64,000 nt of DNA, taken from positions 86,678,001-86,742,000 of the forward strand of contig NC_045696.1 in NCBI RefSeq assembly GCF_009834535.1, read 5' to 3'. Under the pieces are notes generated by a model, which saw nothing but the letters and a program-made list of their open reading frames with translations, ran no database searches and was not told where the DNA came from. The position numbers were made by a program, and so were the translations under genes. This DNA comes from Camelus ferus (taxonomy: Eukaryota). Positions 11,369 to 25,969 of the stretch are shown piece after piece; position 1 is the first letter of the stretch; the number at the start of each line of letters is the position of its first letter.

Positions 11369-13070
11369 TTCTAGTTTTAATTGCTTGAGAAAGCTCTGTA
11401 CCATTTTCCATAGTGGCTGCACCAATTTACATTCCCACCAACAGCCCAAGAGTTTCATTTTCTCCACATCCTCTCCAGCACTTATCTTTTGCCTTTTGAT
11501 AACCACCATTCTCATTGGTTTGAGATAATATCTCATTGTGATTCTGATTTATATTTCCCTGATAGTTACTAATGATGAGTATCTTTTCCTGCACCTTTTA
11601 ACCATTCTTATGTCTTCTTTGGAAAAACATCTCTTCAGATCTTCTGCCCATTGTTAATCAGATATTTATTTATTTATTTATTTGTTTGTTTATTTGATGT
11701 TGAGTTGTATGAGTTCCTTATATATTTTGGATATTAATCCCTTATAAGATAGATGACTTAAAAATACTGCCTCCTACTCAGTAGGTTGCCTTTTTTACTT
11801 TGTTGATAGTTTATTTTGATGTGCAGATGCTTTTTTAGTTTGATGTAGTCCCATTTGTTTATTTCTGCTTTTGTTGCTTTTAGTTTTAAATTCAAAAAAT
11901 TGCCAACACTATGACAAGGAGCTTACTGTCTCTGTTTTCTTCTAGGAGTTTTTTGGTTTCAGGTCTTCATTCAGGTCTTTGATCTATTTTGAGTTAATTT
12001 TTGTGTTGTATAAGAATGTGGTCCAGTTTCAGTCTTTTGCATATGGCTATCCAGTTTTCCCAGCATCATTTATTCAAGAGTTGTCCTTTCTCCATTCTTC
12101 ACTCTTTTCTTGTAAATTAATTAACTATCCATGGTTGGGTTTATGTCTTAGCTCTCTATTTGGTTTCACTGGCCAATATGTTTTTGTTTTTTTTTTAATG
12201 CCAGTATCACACTGCTTTATTTATTGTAATAAGAGTTTGAAATCAAGGAATGTGATGCCTCCAACTTTGTTGTTCTTTCTCAAGATTGCTTTGGCTATTA
12301 AGAATTTTTTGTGATTCAATACAAATTTTAGAATTGTTTGTTCTATTTTGGTGAAAAATGCCATTGGAATTTTGATAGGGATTGCATTGAATCTGTAGTT
12401 TGCTTTGGATAGAAGCATAGATATTTTAACAATATTAATTCTTCCAATCCATGAGTACAGAATATCTTTTCATTTATTTGTGCTATCTTCTATTTCTTTC
12501 CTTAATAGTTTGTAGTTTTCAGTATACAGGTCCTTAATCTCCTTTGTTAAATTTTTATTAGGTATTTAATCTTTCTGATGCAATTGTAAACTGGATTGTT
12601 TTTCTTAATTTCTTTTTTGATAGGTTGTTATTAGTGTATAAAATGCAACAGATTTTTATACATTGATTTTGTATCCTGCAACATTACTGAATTTCCTTAT
12701 TATTAATTCTTACAGTTATTTGGTGGCATCTTTAGGGTTTTCTATATATAATATAACGTCTTCTGCAAACAGTGACAGTTTTACTTCTTACTTTCCAATT
12801 TGAATATACTTTATTTCTTTTTCTTGCCTAATTCCTCTCGTTAGGATTTTTATGTTATACAGAACTGCCAAGAGTGGGCATCCTTGTCTTGCTCCTGATC
12901 TTAGAAGAAAAGCTTTTAACTTTTCACTGTTAGCTGTGGGCTTGTCATATATGACCTTTACTATATTGATGTACATTCCCTCTATACATGCTCTGCTGAG
13001 AGTTTTTATTATAAATAAGTGTTGAGCTTTGTCAGATGCTTTTTCTCTACTGAGATGATCATATGACTTT
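11369..13070 (-). mobile_element. LINE-1 ORF2 fragment (reverse transcriptase to C-terminal cysteine-rich region), multiply disrupted
   Basis: Peptides [43 protein letters not shown] and CWWECKLVQPLWK on the minus strand. Confidence 0.93.
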
Positions 13071-13089
13071 TATCATTTGAATCATTTTT

Positions 13090-14245
13090 ATCATTTCTAT
13101 TTTTCAGATGATGTTTCTTATTGTTTGAGTTTTTTTTATCATCATATTCCTCTTTAATTATTTGAATATATTATCCACTAGCTCTTTAATATTTGTAATA
13201 ATGTCTTTGAAGCTTTTTCTCTTTGAAACTGGGACCCACTCAGAATTAGTTATTACCTGATATTCTTTTCCTTTTTTTAAGTATGGGTTACAATTTATTC
13301 TTTCTGTGCATCTCTAGATAATTTTGGTTGAATATTGGATATTTTAGACAATGTATTGTAGCAAATGTAAATTATATGTTATTTTTCTGGTTTTTGTTTA
13401 TTTATTCAAGGAACCTTGAATTAAACTGTTCAACTTTTGTTCTTCACCATGTGCTGCTATTGTGTTGGTATTTCTGCCCAATTCCTTTTCTTCTTCTACT
13501 ATGTATTTATCTTGCTTATATTTACCTTTCAGACTAGTTCCTTAGGGCTTTTTCTTGTGTATATAACTTAATGGCCAGTCAATGATTTGAGTAGAGATTG
13601 TGGCAAATACTATAGGTGTGTAAATCTTACAACAGCAACTGATTGATCTGTGTATGGATTGGGGGATAAATTAAAATCTGCAGTCAGTTTTCAAGTTTCC
13701 TCTGGCTTTCATATTTTTGTTGCAATGTATTTGCCAACCAGTAATATGTGGGGACCTAATATCAGGCTTTGTTTTATTCTTTCAATTCCAGGATCTCCTT
13801 GATGATGGTTTACCACTTCCCCCAAAGCAAGACTGAAAACTTAGGCTTTGCCAAATCTATCATTTTATCCTGTCCATTTCCAAGTTTCATTACACAAAAG
13901 CATACTTTTTGTCTCAACTCCTGTCCTGAATCAACATTACCTTCTCTGGGAGTAAACCTATTGTTTGTTATGGCCAGTATCAGTTTGGTAAACTCTAGGT
14001 CTCATCAACTGAATTGTAGGGTGGCAATATGGACAATAGTAACTTCAGGTAAGAAGGCAGATTCTTGCATGTCTTATCAAATTCAAAAAAGTCTTCAAGA
14101 ATAAATTCTTCTTCATTTGTTGTCTTCTATCAATCAATTTCCAATTCCATGAAATGGTTGTTTTTGAGAATTCTGTTCAGTTTTTATTTGTGGAAGAAAC
14201 AAATAAAATTTTGTCCCATTTTCATGTCACCACTTCCTTCAGAAC
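13090..14245 (-). mobile_element. Old L1 (L1M4/L1ME-like) 5'/ORF1 region remnant
   Basis: ttggttgaatattggatattttagacaatgtattgtagcaa and a T-rich antisense L1-like composition. Confidence 0.45.
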
Positions 14246-14922
14246 TAATATTTTATAACTCAGTAGCCAAATACACCTTATACTGTACCAGATTGTTAAA
14301 AATAATAATAAGTTTATTCAGACTCTGAAAGGTTAATAAATCATATAAACATTAACTCCTTTGAGTCTCCCATAATACTTGAAATATATTTTAATAATTA
14401 TAGTTAAATCCTATATTACAGTTGAATAAATTAAAATTCAGGTTAGATTTAATGACTTTTTTTACCTGTGATAACATAATGGTTACATTTTAGAGCTATC
14501 ACTTAAACCTAGGTCATCTATTTTCACTTGCTGTCTATTATTATTTGAAATTAAGCTAATCTTCAGAATGCTTAGGGTAGAATCTGCATCTCAGTTGAAA
14601 TTTAATTTTCACTTATAAGGAACTCAATGCATTTATATTTGTAAACACAGATATATTTTTATTTTATAAAGTAGTACATTAATCTGGAGATTTAGTTCAA
14701 GGACAGATGAAAATTTACATATTCTGGCATTCTTGTAAATGTCTATTTATTGCATGTTACTTATGGAACACTCCCTCCATTTCAACAGGAAATTCAACTT
14801 GAATCTTACCATCACTTCAACTTGCTTCTTTACTCCAGGATCTAACTGATCCTTCTTCTTCATTAATATCTTTGTCCTCTCTTTTTTTTACTGAACTTTT
14901 TTACTAAGAGTGAGAGTGTAAA

Positions 14923-14923
14923 T

Positions 14924-14972
<49 letters not shown>
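14923..14972. repeat. (TG)n microsatellite
   Basis: About 22 uninterrupted TG units. Confidence 0.97.
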
Positions 14973-14973
<1 letters not shown>

Positions 14974-17900
14974 TGCTGTCATATGTTAGGATCAAATGTT
15001 ATGTTGTTAAAGCAGTTTGATTGTTGTAATGATATTGTTTTAGAAGTATATTTTATTTTAGTGGTTTGGCTGTATATGTTCACTTAATATATCATCTTAA
15101 TAGTGAATCTGTTAGCATACACACAAAACATATATCTTCTAAAGCTATGGTTATGCCATTTTAATTTTTTGCCTATTAGACTCTGTATTTTTTTAAATAC
15201 TATAGCTTAATATTTTATTGATTAAATAAGTTCCTAAGAAATTGCTCATGATACAAATTGGATATTCTTCTATCTTAGTATTCCAAACAAATTTAACCAT
15301 GGTCACCTGAAATCGAAAAAATAAAGCTAAATTACCCTATGCTTTGGGTGAGGGAAGAATGAAGATATTCAGAGCAATGACAGTTGTCAGCACTTCAAAA
15401 TAACTGTTTGGAAAACAGAATAGACCTTGGGCGCTAGTTCATCTGGATGTTAATGGATATGGTGGCTGAAAGGGGAATTCATGTGTGTTTTGAAGTTAAC
15501 TAAGGCACAGTTGTTAAATGTCACATCTGTTGTTAATAAAGCATATGGTTTTAAGATTTAATCTTGCACAGAGATGGCATTTTTCACCAATATCTGCTTA
15601 TGTTTGGTTCTGGCATGATTTGATCCTTTTGTGGTTTATAAGAATTTAATATTCATGGCTTGATTTCAAGAGAGAACCTTTAAAATAATTTTTGGAGAAA
15701 TTTTTAAAATAGCTTATATTTGATGATTCAAAAACTACTTATTAATATTTGTATCTTAAAATTATAGTGTTAAACTATTCTAGGAATTAAAAAAATTTTA
15801 ATCATTAGATAAGTAAATATTCAGGAGCAAAGGATTTGAGATCATTTTAATAAAAAAATTTAAATTTGATTTTTGATAAATATTATTTTTTATCCCCATA
15901 TATCTATTTAACATGGATTTGACTATATTTTGTCTTGGCTTTCAAATGAATGAGAATTAACAATATGAATCACACACAATATGAAATGCATTCCAGTTCA
16001 GCTGGAATATATAAATGTTATAGAAGTTTTCCTGAAAATTTTAACTGAAGGGCTACTTTTTAGGGCAACAGAATTTTGTTTATGTTCGATTAATATTATC
16101 CTTCACTCTCATAAGATAATTTGCCTTGTTTTTGTGTCTGCAATCTAGAAAAGTAAAACAACAATGAAATTACAATCCTCTACTTGACCTCTTTTCACAT
16201 CTAATTTGAGAGCATTGTTTCTGTGGAGATAACAGTCTCCATGGTTACTGGTTACACAGACTTGTTAATGTTTTAACAATTGTTAGGAGGACCCAAGGGG
16301 CTATTGCTTTGCATTTCAGCAAATAAGGGTATTTGTCCTCTGAGACTGCACCTCTGAAATAATAAGTGTGGATTAAATGAAGCACATTGTAATGCCACTT
16401 ATTAATGTGCATATATGGGTGATTATCCTGTGAGAGACTCTGTACCGAAAATTGTAATTTGTCAAACTAAATGACTATTAATTGGTAGAATTGGATTCAA
16501 GTGTCTGGTCAGATCAGTATCACCATGCTGTTCAAATAAAATAGATAACTTTCCAGTTGGGGGATTGTTTTTGTTATCTTTGAATATGGGAAAAAAGCAG
16601 AGATGTCACTGAAGAAAATCAGACTATATTTTATAAAGAATAAACAATTATATAAATAATCTAAAGCCTGACTTAAATGAATACAACTCTAGGTTTCTCT
16701 AGGTTTCTCTTGATAGTTTTTGGAAGACAACAGCTGGAGAGGAAGGAGGAGATAAAGTATTTACTATCATACATCTTAACATCTTAACCATTTCATCCAT
16801 CATATTTTTTTCCTAAAATAATCCACTCCTCAAGATGCCAATTCTATATGTAAATATTTATATGCTCTATAAATGTATAAAGGGTGATGCTACATGTTTG
16901 CTGTTAATCAAAATTGTGGATTTTTTCCAACTGTTTATAATGGTTCATGAATTCTAAAGATTTTAATTGTTTTAAACCATGTAAGTGGTGAGCCCATATA
17001 AAATATGTCTTTCATTCTTTATGTTTGAGTTTTGAAATTTTAAGCATTTGATGTTAATAATAAGAAACCAAAAATTATTTAATTTTAATATACCCTTTTT
17101 CAGTTACAAATATTTTAGCCAATTCATTTGGGACTAACTACTGGCTGTATCTGTGTTTCAATGATAGACCACAGTGACAAACTGAAAGAAATAGAGCATG
17201 GAAGTAATCCTCTGGAGTGTTGGTATTTTGTTTGAGAAGATTTATTCTATGCTCTGTTTCACCCATCCTCAAGAGTCATGTTAATTCAGGAGCTTTGTGT
17301 CACATACTTTAAAAAAATGTTTGCCCTATTAAAATTTAGCTACTTTAATCCCAAAGATGAATCCTAGCTTCTTTTTCTTCCCTTCTAAAAATTACAGAGT
17401 CATAATTTAATATAAATTTGTTTTACATGGAAATATTAATGAAACTTATTTAAAATAATTTTGACTATATTTTTAATGTTTTAACACAGAAAAATATAAA
17501 AGGATACAAGCAACTCAACATAATCCCATAACTCACTGAAAGACACTGTTGAAGTTTGTTGTGTATGTTCTTTTCTACTTTAACTCTCATAATATGAAAA
17601 TCATTACCAGACTTATGGTATGTTCTTATGAAAGAATTAAGTAGCCATTAGAAATGATGTCCATACAAGTACTTAGTAAATTAAAAATTAACTTCAAATA
17701 CAATTATGTAAAAAAATACAAAATGTGCAGAATTTTAAAAAATGTATATGCATATACACACATACACAATTTAAAAGGACTTCCACAATCTTGTTTATAT
17801 TTTCTTTATCATGTACTTAGAAGATATTGTCAATATAACTAATTTCAGCTAGGAGACTTTATAGAAGGAAATAAAAGCCCATGGGAAATATCAAATTTAC

Positions 17901-19332
17901 CATGCAAATATATCTGATTCAATAAAGATGTAAAGTAATATTGCATTTATCTGAATGTATAGAAAATAAACAGAAAATGTTTCAATCATAAAGACCACAT
18001 TATAATAAAGATTTCTTATGATTCTCAACCTATAATATTATAAAATTAATCTGGACAGAATAAATAAAGTTATAAAAATTTCCAAAGGGTTTATATTTAT
18101 ACTTTGAATTTGAGTTTAAAAAGCTATTTAATTTCTTAAAAAGTTTCAAAATCCATCAGAGATATTTGTGCAGAAATGCTCATCTTAAATATATTTAAAT
18201 AATAAAAATAGCAAATATCTCAAGTATCCACTTATGTATCTATGATATTTTGGTGTGATTTCATTTCTCTCTAAAATGACATTAAATCCACTGGTGGGAG
18301 ATTCTAAAAAATGTATTTTCTAATTAGGATATACTTTATAAGTATTCGTTGTAGTTACTGCTATAGTTTTACAGAGCTCAAGGAGAAGTAACCTCTGAAT
18401 CAGAGATAAAAGAATTTAAATACACTGAATGCAGACAGTATATTTTTCCAGATGATTTGTAACTGTTTGGGGAGGACTGTTTCCCTGTTCTCATATTATC
18501 AATTCTTCTATCTTTGTTACACTTTCTATTGTCCATTCTTTTTTATACTCTCACCCTTATGCCTTTCTTTTTCTCTTATTCTCAATTCCTCCCTACTTTT
18601 TCTCTTCCCTTTTCTGTCTTTTATAACCAATCATCTAGGGATATATGTGAAAACTATTAGATTTATAGTGGGATTCAAAGCCACTAATTAAGATTTTCTT
18701 TGATCTAGCGTCTCTTGCCTTCCCCTTAAATTCTATTAGTATGTGTATCAACTAAGTAAATATGTCCTTCTTCATAAGTAAGTACATACAATACATTAAA
18801 TATATTTTGCTTACATGTTGTATGTGTGGATAAAATTTCATAATATGATATTTTGTAACTACATGTTATTGCTTTGATTCTGCTACTAACTAGATTTTAA
18901 CTTTGGATTATTCTATCACATTGGTGAGACTAATTTACTTATTTTTAACATCATTGTTGGAATAAATATTTCCTAAAATATCATAAAGTTTTATACAATT
19001 ATTATTTTCTATTATTTTGATGCAAGACATCTGTAAAACTGAGTTCATTTTGTAATGAATAAGTCAGGCATTGGGATGCAAATTGGTAAATAAAAGTTAG
19101 AAAAAAATATAAGATGCAATCCAGAGTTTAGATACAAGGCTTATTCTCTGCATTCATTGGTATACCATCTCCTAATTTGCATATTCAAATAGGTAATTTT
19201 CATATGTTAACAATAATGTCCATTTTCTCCTCTTTCTAACATTTCTCACAAGTCTTTTCTCTATTAACATATCCATTATGTATTAGATAAGATGGTATCT
19301 GTCAGACATATGATGATAAAAAAGTCATGATG

Positions 19333-19870
19333 TATTCATTTATTTGTCCACTCATTCAGTAAATATTTGAATGTTTGCTATGGTCCAGGCACTTTGTGAA
19401 GCACTATGAATAGAACAAACAAGACAGACTGTCTCCACAGTCATAGAGAACACTTTGTAATGTACATAAATGAAAGAAAATAATAAATAGTAAATTACAA
19501 TGTGTTTTAAAATGGCTTAAGGAAGATATGATCACGAGTAAGAGGAAAGGCTTTCTAGAAATTACTCTTTGGACAATTCCTTTGTTAAGGAGCTCTCTGC
19601 TAATGACAGACATAATAAGTAAATATAAAACTATAATATCATATGATAACTGTCTTGGGCAAGGATTATGCACCCTGTATCATGAGCACCTGGGATCAAA
19701 AGGGTGCTCTGGACAGGCTAGAGACTGAAGCAAGGAAGGCATGATAAGACATAAGCTAAATTCTGAGGTATAAGTCCATGTTTACAGGATAAGGAAGAGG
19801 GAAGGAAGAGTAGGTATAAGAAGATCCCAAAAGAGAAAACAGCAAATGTCTAGAAACAGAGCTATAATAA
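19333..19870 (-). mobile_element. L2 3' fragment
   Basis: attcatttatttgtccactcattcagtaaatatttgaatgtttgctatggtccaggcact. Confidence 0.65.
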
Positions 19871-21149
19871 GAGACTGGTTTTATTAGAAAGCAGTATTCA
19901 TATTTTGCCAGGTTTGTTTCAAGTTACTCATACTGATTTTCTTCTCCGTTTTCTACCATGACAGACATAGCACTCCCTTCATTTTTATATAATTACAACA
20001 TAAAGGCTTCATTTTACTGTTCAAAACAATCTTAAACAAACATCAGGAACACCTTTGCCTTCTTATTTTATTTGTTAGCAGTGTGACGTTTGAATCATTT
20101 CTATCTCAGGTTAATGGTGATAATTCTGTTTCTGGGCCAATGTCAGTTTGTTTGAATCAGTTGAAAGGAGTCAAGTCTGCAGCCTCTGTTCCTGCTTTCC
20201 TTCTCTGATATTCTCTTAATCTCAGCCACATACAATTGGTGGCACAGACTTAGAAAGCTATTCTCAGAGACTTCAGCTATAAATTCTCTTTTGAACTGAT
20301 TCTGTCATTAACCAAAGGTAGGATATGTGCTTTCTGGGTCTCTTAAACTATGTAACAGAACTTAATGGGTGTCAGATGAACTGAAGACAAACTAATTTTT
20401 ATTTTTCTTCATTTCTTTGCAAGAAAATTTGTCTCTTTATAAACTATTCCTAAAAATGAAAGTTCCAAAGAAAGGTAAATATCCTTATAGCAAGACAATA
20501 AAGTTTTATTTTTCTATAAATCATCCCAGTTCATAGGAGACCTTCTCTATGCCATCTATGAGTGACACCAGTAATGTCATCCTGAGGATCTGAAGGGCAA
20601 ATAGAGATGAAATAACCTCATTTTAAATAAAAATGCTATTCCTAAAATACAACAAATATACTAATCCTTGACCTAAAGTTCCCAAAATATATCAAACCAT
20701 TCCTCCTTCTCAGTCTTTTTCTCTCCATGTCTCTTTATTTCCACGTCAAAGATATATATACTTGTGAAATTTAGGAATGTACATGTAAGTAACTACTACA
20801 GTATGTAAATAGAAATAGCTCATCAAGCACGTAAAGAATCTACTTTATTAAGATATAATATATATATATAATAATTTTAATTTTAATTCTATAGTTTGAA
20901 GTGTCCAGCTAACTATAAAATTTAATTGTACATTTTGATGCCTTTTCACAAATATCTATGCCCATATGACTAGCACCACAAACAAGATATAGAATACTTT
21001 AGGGTGATGGAAATGTTCTAACAGTAATTTTTGTAGATCTTAAAATCTAAAACCAAATCTGCTAAAGAAGACATGATATTAGTATTTAATGTAATATGTA
21101 ACTAATTAAAACATAATGAATATGTAATGGCAATATTATGTAAGATCTC

Positions 21150-21250
21150 TGAGGGCAAAATATTTTCAGATTTGTTCACATCATATGCACCAGTGGCATA
21201 CGCTAGGTGCTCAACACATTTGTTGAACAGATGAACTAGGAATGAATTAG
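21150..21250 (+). mobile_element. L2 3' terminus
   Basis: tggcatacgctaggtgctcaacacatttgttgaacagatgaa. Confidence 0.65.
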
Positions 21251-24200
21251 TTACATGGATAACTATGTTTACTCATTACTACTATTGGTAATCTTTCAAA
21301 TTTCTCACAGTCTTTAATTATAATTTTTTTAAAACTATTTTTATTAAATATCTCCCTACTTGAATTTTCATTTGATTATATTATAGGAAATACACTTGCA
21401 ATAAGGAATAATAAATATCAACATTAACAAAGGATTGTGCTAAATTTAATATTGCTTATTAACATATAATTTAACAATTTTATTTTATCCATATCCCTTT
21501 AACCTTAGTATCATTTTGTTTTTAAATAGTTTATAAATAACTAATCAAATAAATTCCATTCAATAAACTACCTAATTCTAGTATACATTTGCTCAGTTTT
21601 AAGATGGCAACAGATACATCAGTTTATATGTTTGTGTAGCTATTAGCATAACTGACATCATCTTGGGCCTAGTCAGCTCCTCCTGTTGTTCCATTGTACT
21701 GTGTAGTAAATCTCTTCTCTGTCATTCAGGGCTTTGTAGCTAGTATATATTGTTTAATGATCTTTAGGTCTAGCTAGCTTCTATCGTCAATGAGTCTCGA
21801 AATAATGATTAAGACTTTCGTGGACATATTCCCAGTCCCAAGAGACTAGTTACCCATTCATAAATCTTGACTTTGGGATGGAACTCGTGTTTTCAAGCAC
21901 ATACTCTCAAACCTTAGCTTAACAAAAATTGTCCCAATGGCCTTTGACAGTGAGGAGTGCAGTTGTGAATGCTTCCAGACTGTCGACCACCCAATTCTAC
22001 TCTGTAAGTTTCCCTATAATAAACTAATCCTGCCTCGTTTTTTGGTCTAAAGATACCTTCTCTGTTCATGGGCACTTTTTGTTCCCTCAATCCTCCAACA
22101 ATGGTATAGAAACATATTATTTTGAAACACTGAAAATAGTGGGTCATTGAAAAACAGTGACCCAAGCTGAGATTATTGACCAGATGATTCCCAGATACTA
22201 AAAATTGTTAGATTGTAAGCGAACTTTAGCATCTATATACAAGTATTTGCCTAGTGTCTGGTGATGGTAACATATCAAAAGCAACAATTAAAACTGTTAC
22301 AGATCCTACAGAAAAGTTATTTTCATTCCTGGACAACTGCAGTTTTCCATGACAACAGTCATTTTCAGTGCTTGGAAAGTCTATTTGATGCACTCAGCTC
22401 AGGCATTGTTACTACCGGTAATAGCAGATGCTTCTAATTTCATAACAGCAGAAAAGTTCTCACTGATTATGATTGTTATAAAATTTTATACAATAGATAT
22501 TTTCATTCTTAGCAACACCATTCTCCTCACAAAATAGCTTATTTCATTCTTTTATAACCATTCTTCTCATGAAATTACATACTCTTTTCTTTCCTACAGC
22601 AAATATTCTAGATAGTTCTCTACCATTCACCTCTTCCTATGAGGTCTGGCTTTTCTGGTAGCCCTGTCATTGCTCAGCTCTATTATACCAGGTGCTATTT
22701 CTCTTCCAACTTCTCTACAACTTACATATGAGTTCAGATGCTCACCTGGTAGCCTTCAGCTCTTCATGTTATGCTATGTATTCATTTCAGCAGAGGGTAT
22801 ACCTGGCCAAGTTTTTTTGCAACAGTAAGCAAAACTAAATGAGTAGCATCAATAAAATTAACACAAAAGCATTATAATAGGATAAATATGTACTTAGTGG
22901 CAACCCTGTAATGGCAATAAATGGTATATTCTTTCCTGAAAGAAAAAACTAAAGGCAAATAAAAGAGTACAGTACCAGGTGGTTTCAAAAATCATGAAGA
23001 AAAATAATTTCTTTTGGACTGGACTACAATCAAATTCCTTTAGAAGCTGTATCCCTGGGGGTTTGGAGTAATTTTAGTAGAAGTATTTTGAAAATCATTC
23101 TCTAGTCTTCAGTCAGGTACAACCCAATTTAGAGGCACCTAGCAATCACAGTTAAACTTTATAGCACTGGGAAACCTTTAGCATTCACTTTCAGAGTATA
23201 CTCAACTGAAGAGGTCAGTCATATATCTGTGTAAAACTCCTATTCTTACTTCATGGTTGTGAAGGATGTTATACAGTTGATCAGTCTAATGAATAAAGTG
23301 GGTATTGATGGTCACAAAAAATTCTTTCGTGTTCAACAAAAACAATAACAACAATTACAATCATTCTTATAATAACATTAGCCCAAACCAGCTGCATTTT
23401 GTTAAACAGGCCACAGATCCTCAAAATGTATACAAAATATATAGAAAGATAGGAAGACTTTTTTTTTTCTATAATGCAAATTTTTACATTTCAAATTCCA
23501 TATGAAAAAGAGAAGAGGGAGAGAGGGAGGGAGAGAGAGAAACACTGGTGCTTTATTCCCACATCTATTCTTCCATCAATCATTGCTCATGTCCTTGTTT
23601 CATTATGTGATGATGAACAATATTTCATTAAAAACTACAAAATAATTAAAGACCTGGGCATGTATTAAAGTTTATCTTACTTTCATGAAAAAAAAATACA
23701 TGACTTTCCTGGTTGGATAAATGTGAAACTAATATAATCAAGAGTTTAGAGTAAAATACAGAATGGAAGAGTTTATTTCACAGTAAGAAATATGATAACA
23801 GAAAAAAGCCCATAAACCAATATATTTGGCTAAATGAACATTAGTATTTCTTAAAAAAAAAAAAAACAGTAGAGAGTGTGATTATTAGGGTTAAAATATT
23901 TCTATCCACCACCTGTACTTTAGAAGTGATGTAAATGATGGGAGGACCTCCTCTGTATATAGTGTAGAGTTTCACACACCTGCATGGTAAGCACATTTTG
24001 TAGAGTAAAGAAGTGAATAAAGCTATAAATAGTAAAAAAAAGTACTTGAAAAAACACAATAGATAAGGCATTAGTTGTTCATTAAGGACCAAGTTATGCC
24101 ACACCAATTTGTATTTCATTTTAGATATTTATGGTTACAGAGTAGCTTGCATTCAGAAAGGAAACCCCAAGTTAGAAAAATTATACAGTTAACTATATTT

Positions 24201-25367
24201 CAATCTTTGAACAGATCCAATTAAAGCTTTAATGTGGACAAACTTTGCCTGTGATACTCACTGGCGGCCTTTCTTTGACAGTTTTCTATTAGACTGTTTT
24301 ACTAGTATGATAGGTAATAATATGAAAGGTAGGATTATCATATATGTGATTAATATAGAGTAAGGAGTTATTATATAGGCTGGTAGATTTGTGCTTAAGG
24401 CTTTTTAATAGATTAAAATAATAGAAGGAATACTTAATCTTAATGAAATAAAGTTTGTAAATTTGATCTAAAAACTTAGTCATAGAAATTGAGTATGGGA
24501 AGAAGTGTCTCATTAGAAACCCAAGTAAAAAGCATTAGTGGAAATTAAGTTGAATTGAAGCCATATAAGCAACATTAATGTAATAATCTAATGCAAGGTT
24601 AGCTTTTCTTAATATATAAAGCCTACATTATTTACATAAAATATTGACATGTATGCATATAAGACTGATTTAAGTCTGCATATGATCTCTTATCTTCCAC
24701 ATAGCATTCAATATGAGGCTATTTGTCATGTTCTTTAGATTTCACAATTGTCTGCTTTAATAAGTATATAATGTGTTTGGGTGATAATTCTATGGAAAAA
24801 TAAGCTTATGTTTCCCAAATATATGTCTAATAACCTCACATTTTACCCATATAAATGCCTAACTAGATAATCTCAAATAGAGTCCAACTCAAATCACGGC
24901 TAAAATACTGTAGAACTTATTTTGAGACTGTTTTATTATGTTAACAAATGTTTTAGTTTAATTTACTATATGCTGGATGAGGTATCAAAATCATATTTAA
25001 ACTCTCCTTAAGTATGTTTTCAAAATATTTCATTTAATTCAATTCTAGCATAAAATTATATGGACAATAAGTAATATCGATTTATATATATAAATATACA
25101 TATTTGTGTAAATGTTTTTATAGTCTCTGAATTGTACATCATAGATATGTTTAGGTAGAATCTCAGAAGCCACAAAGTAGTATCCTCTAAAATACATTAA
25201 ACAAGCAATACCAGTTTTAAGTATTTAACTCTAAATTTTAATTCTAGAAAAGTCATTAAATATAGCCATAATAGTATAGTTGGTAATTGATGAATTGCTA
25301 AAAATGGTTCTGAGTTGATTTTTTTCCCTTCTATTAATTGTAAGGGTTTTTAAAGACTATCTATTTC

Positions 25368-25903
25368 TGTTAGTTAGATAAATGGGGGCACCAGGCAGAC
25401 AGGTGGAGAGGAAGGATGGTCCGAAAGATGACATTATACCCGCCTCCAGCATAAAGGGACTTTACTTCTTTTAAATGAGCGCCAGCAAAAACTGGTTGGA
25501 ACCCGACAGCCACGACTGCGCAACAGCAGAAACGACTTAACTAGACACAACTGAATGTTCATTGTATTATAATTAACAATGTGGTTTAGGATGCCTCTAT
25601 GGGTTTTTCTGTATACACCATTTTTAAAGATAAGCACAAGGGGCCAAACATGACTAAGCATTCCAGGGACAAGAGCCATCAATCAATCAAGAGACCACCT
25701 CTAAGCAAGGGTATAAGAGAAAAGAGGGACAAAAACTGCTGCTTTTTCTCCCTTGGATCAGTCCACCGACCATTCTTCGATGTGTACTTTTCGTTTTCTA
25801 AATAAATCTTTAAAAATTTTTTCTACACAATGCACCATCTCCTGGCTGTAAATTTATTATTCAAGTTTGACAAGAACTGGGGTCGTTAACTTTTGGGGTA
25901 GCA
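25368..25903 (+). mobile_element. ERV solo LTR (ERV1-like, lineage-specific, family not assigned)
   Basis: TGTTAG start and TAGCA end, TATAAG at 25712, AATAAA at 25801, about 11 CpGs against a depleted background; flanks atttc/tcttc match only partly. Confidence 0.8.
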
Positions 25904-25969
25904 TCTTCACTATTGATCATGAGTAATTCCATTTTTTATTTTATGTTTAAATTTCCTCCATCCATAATG

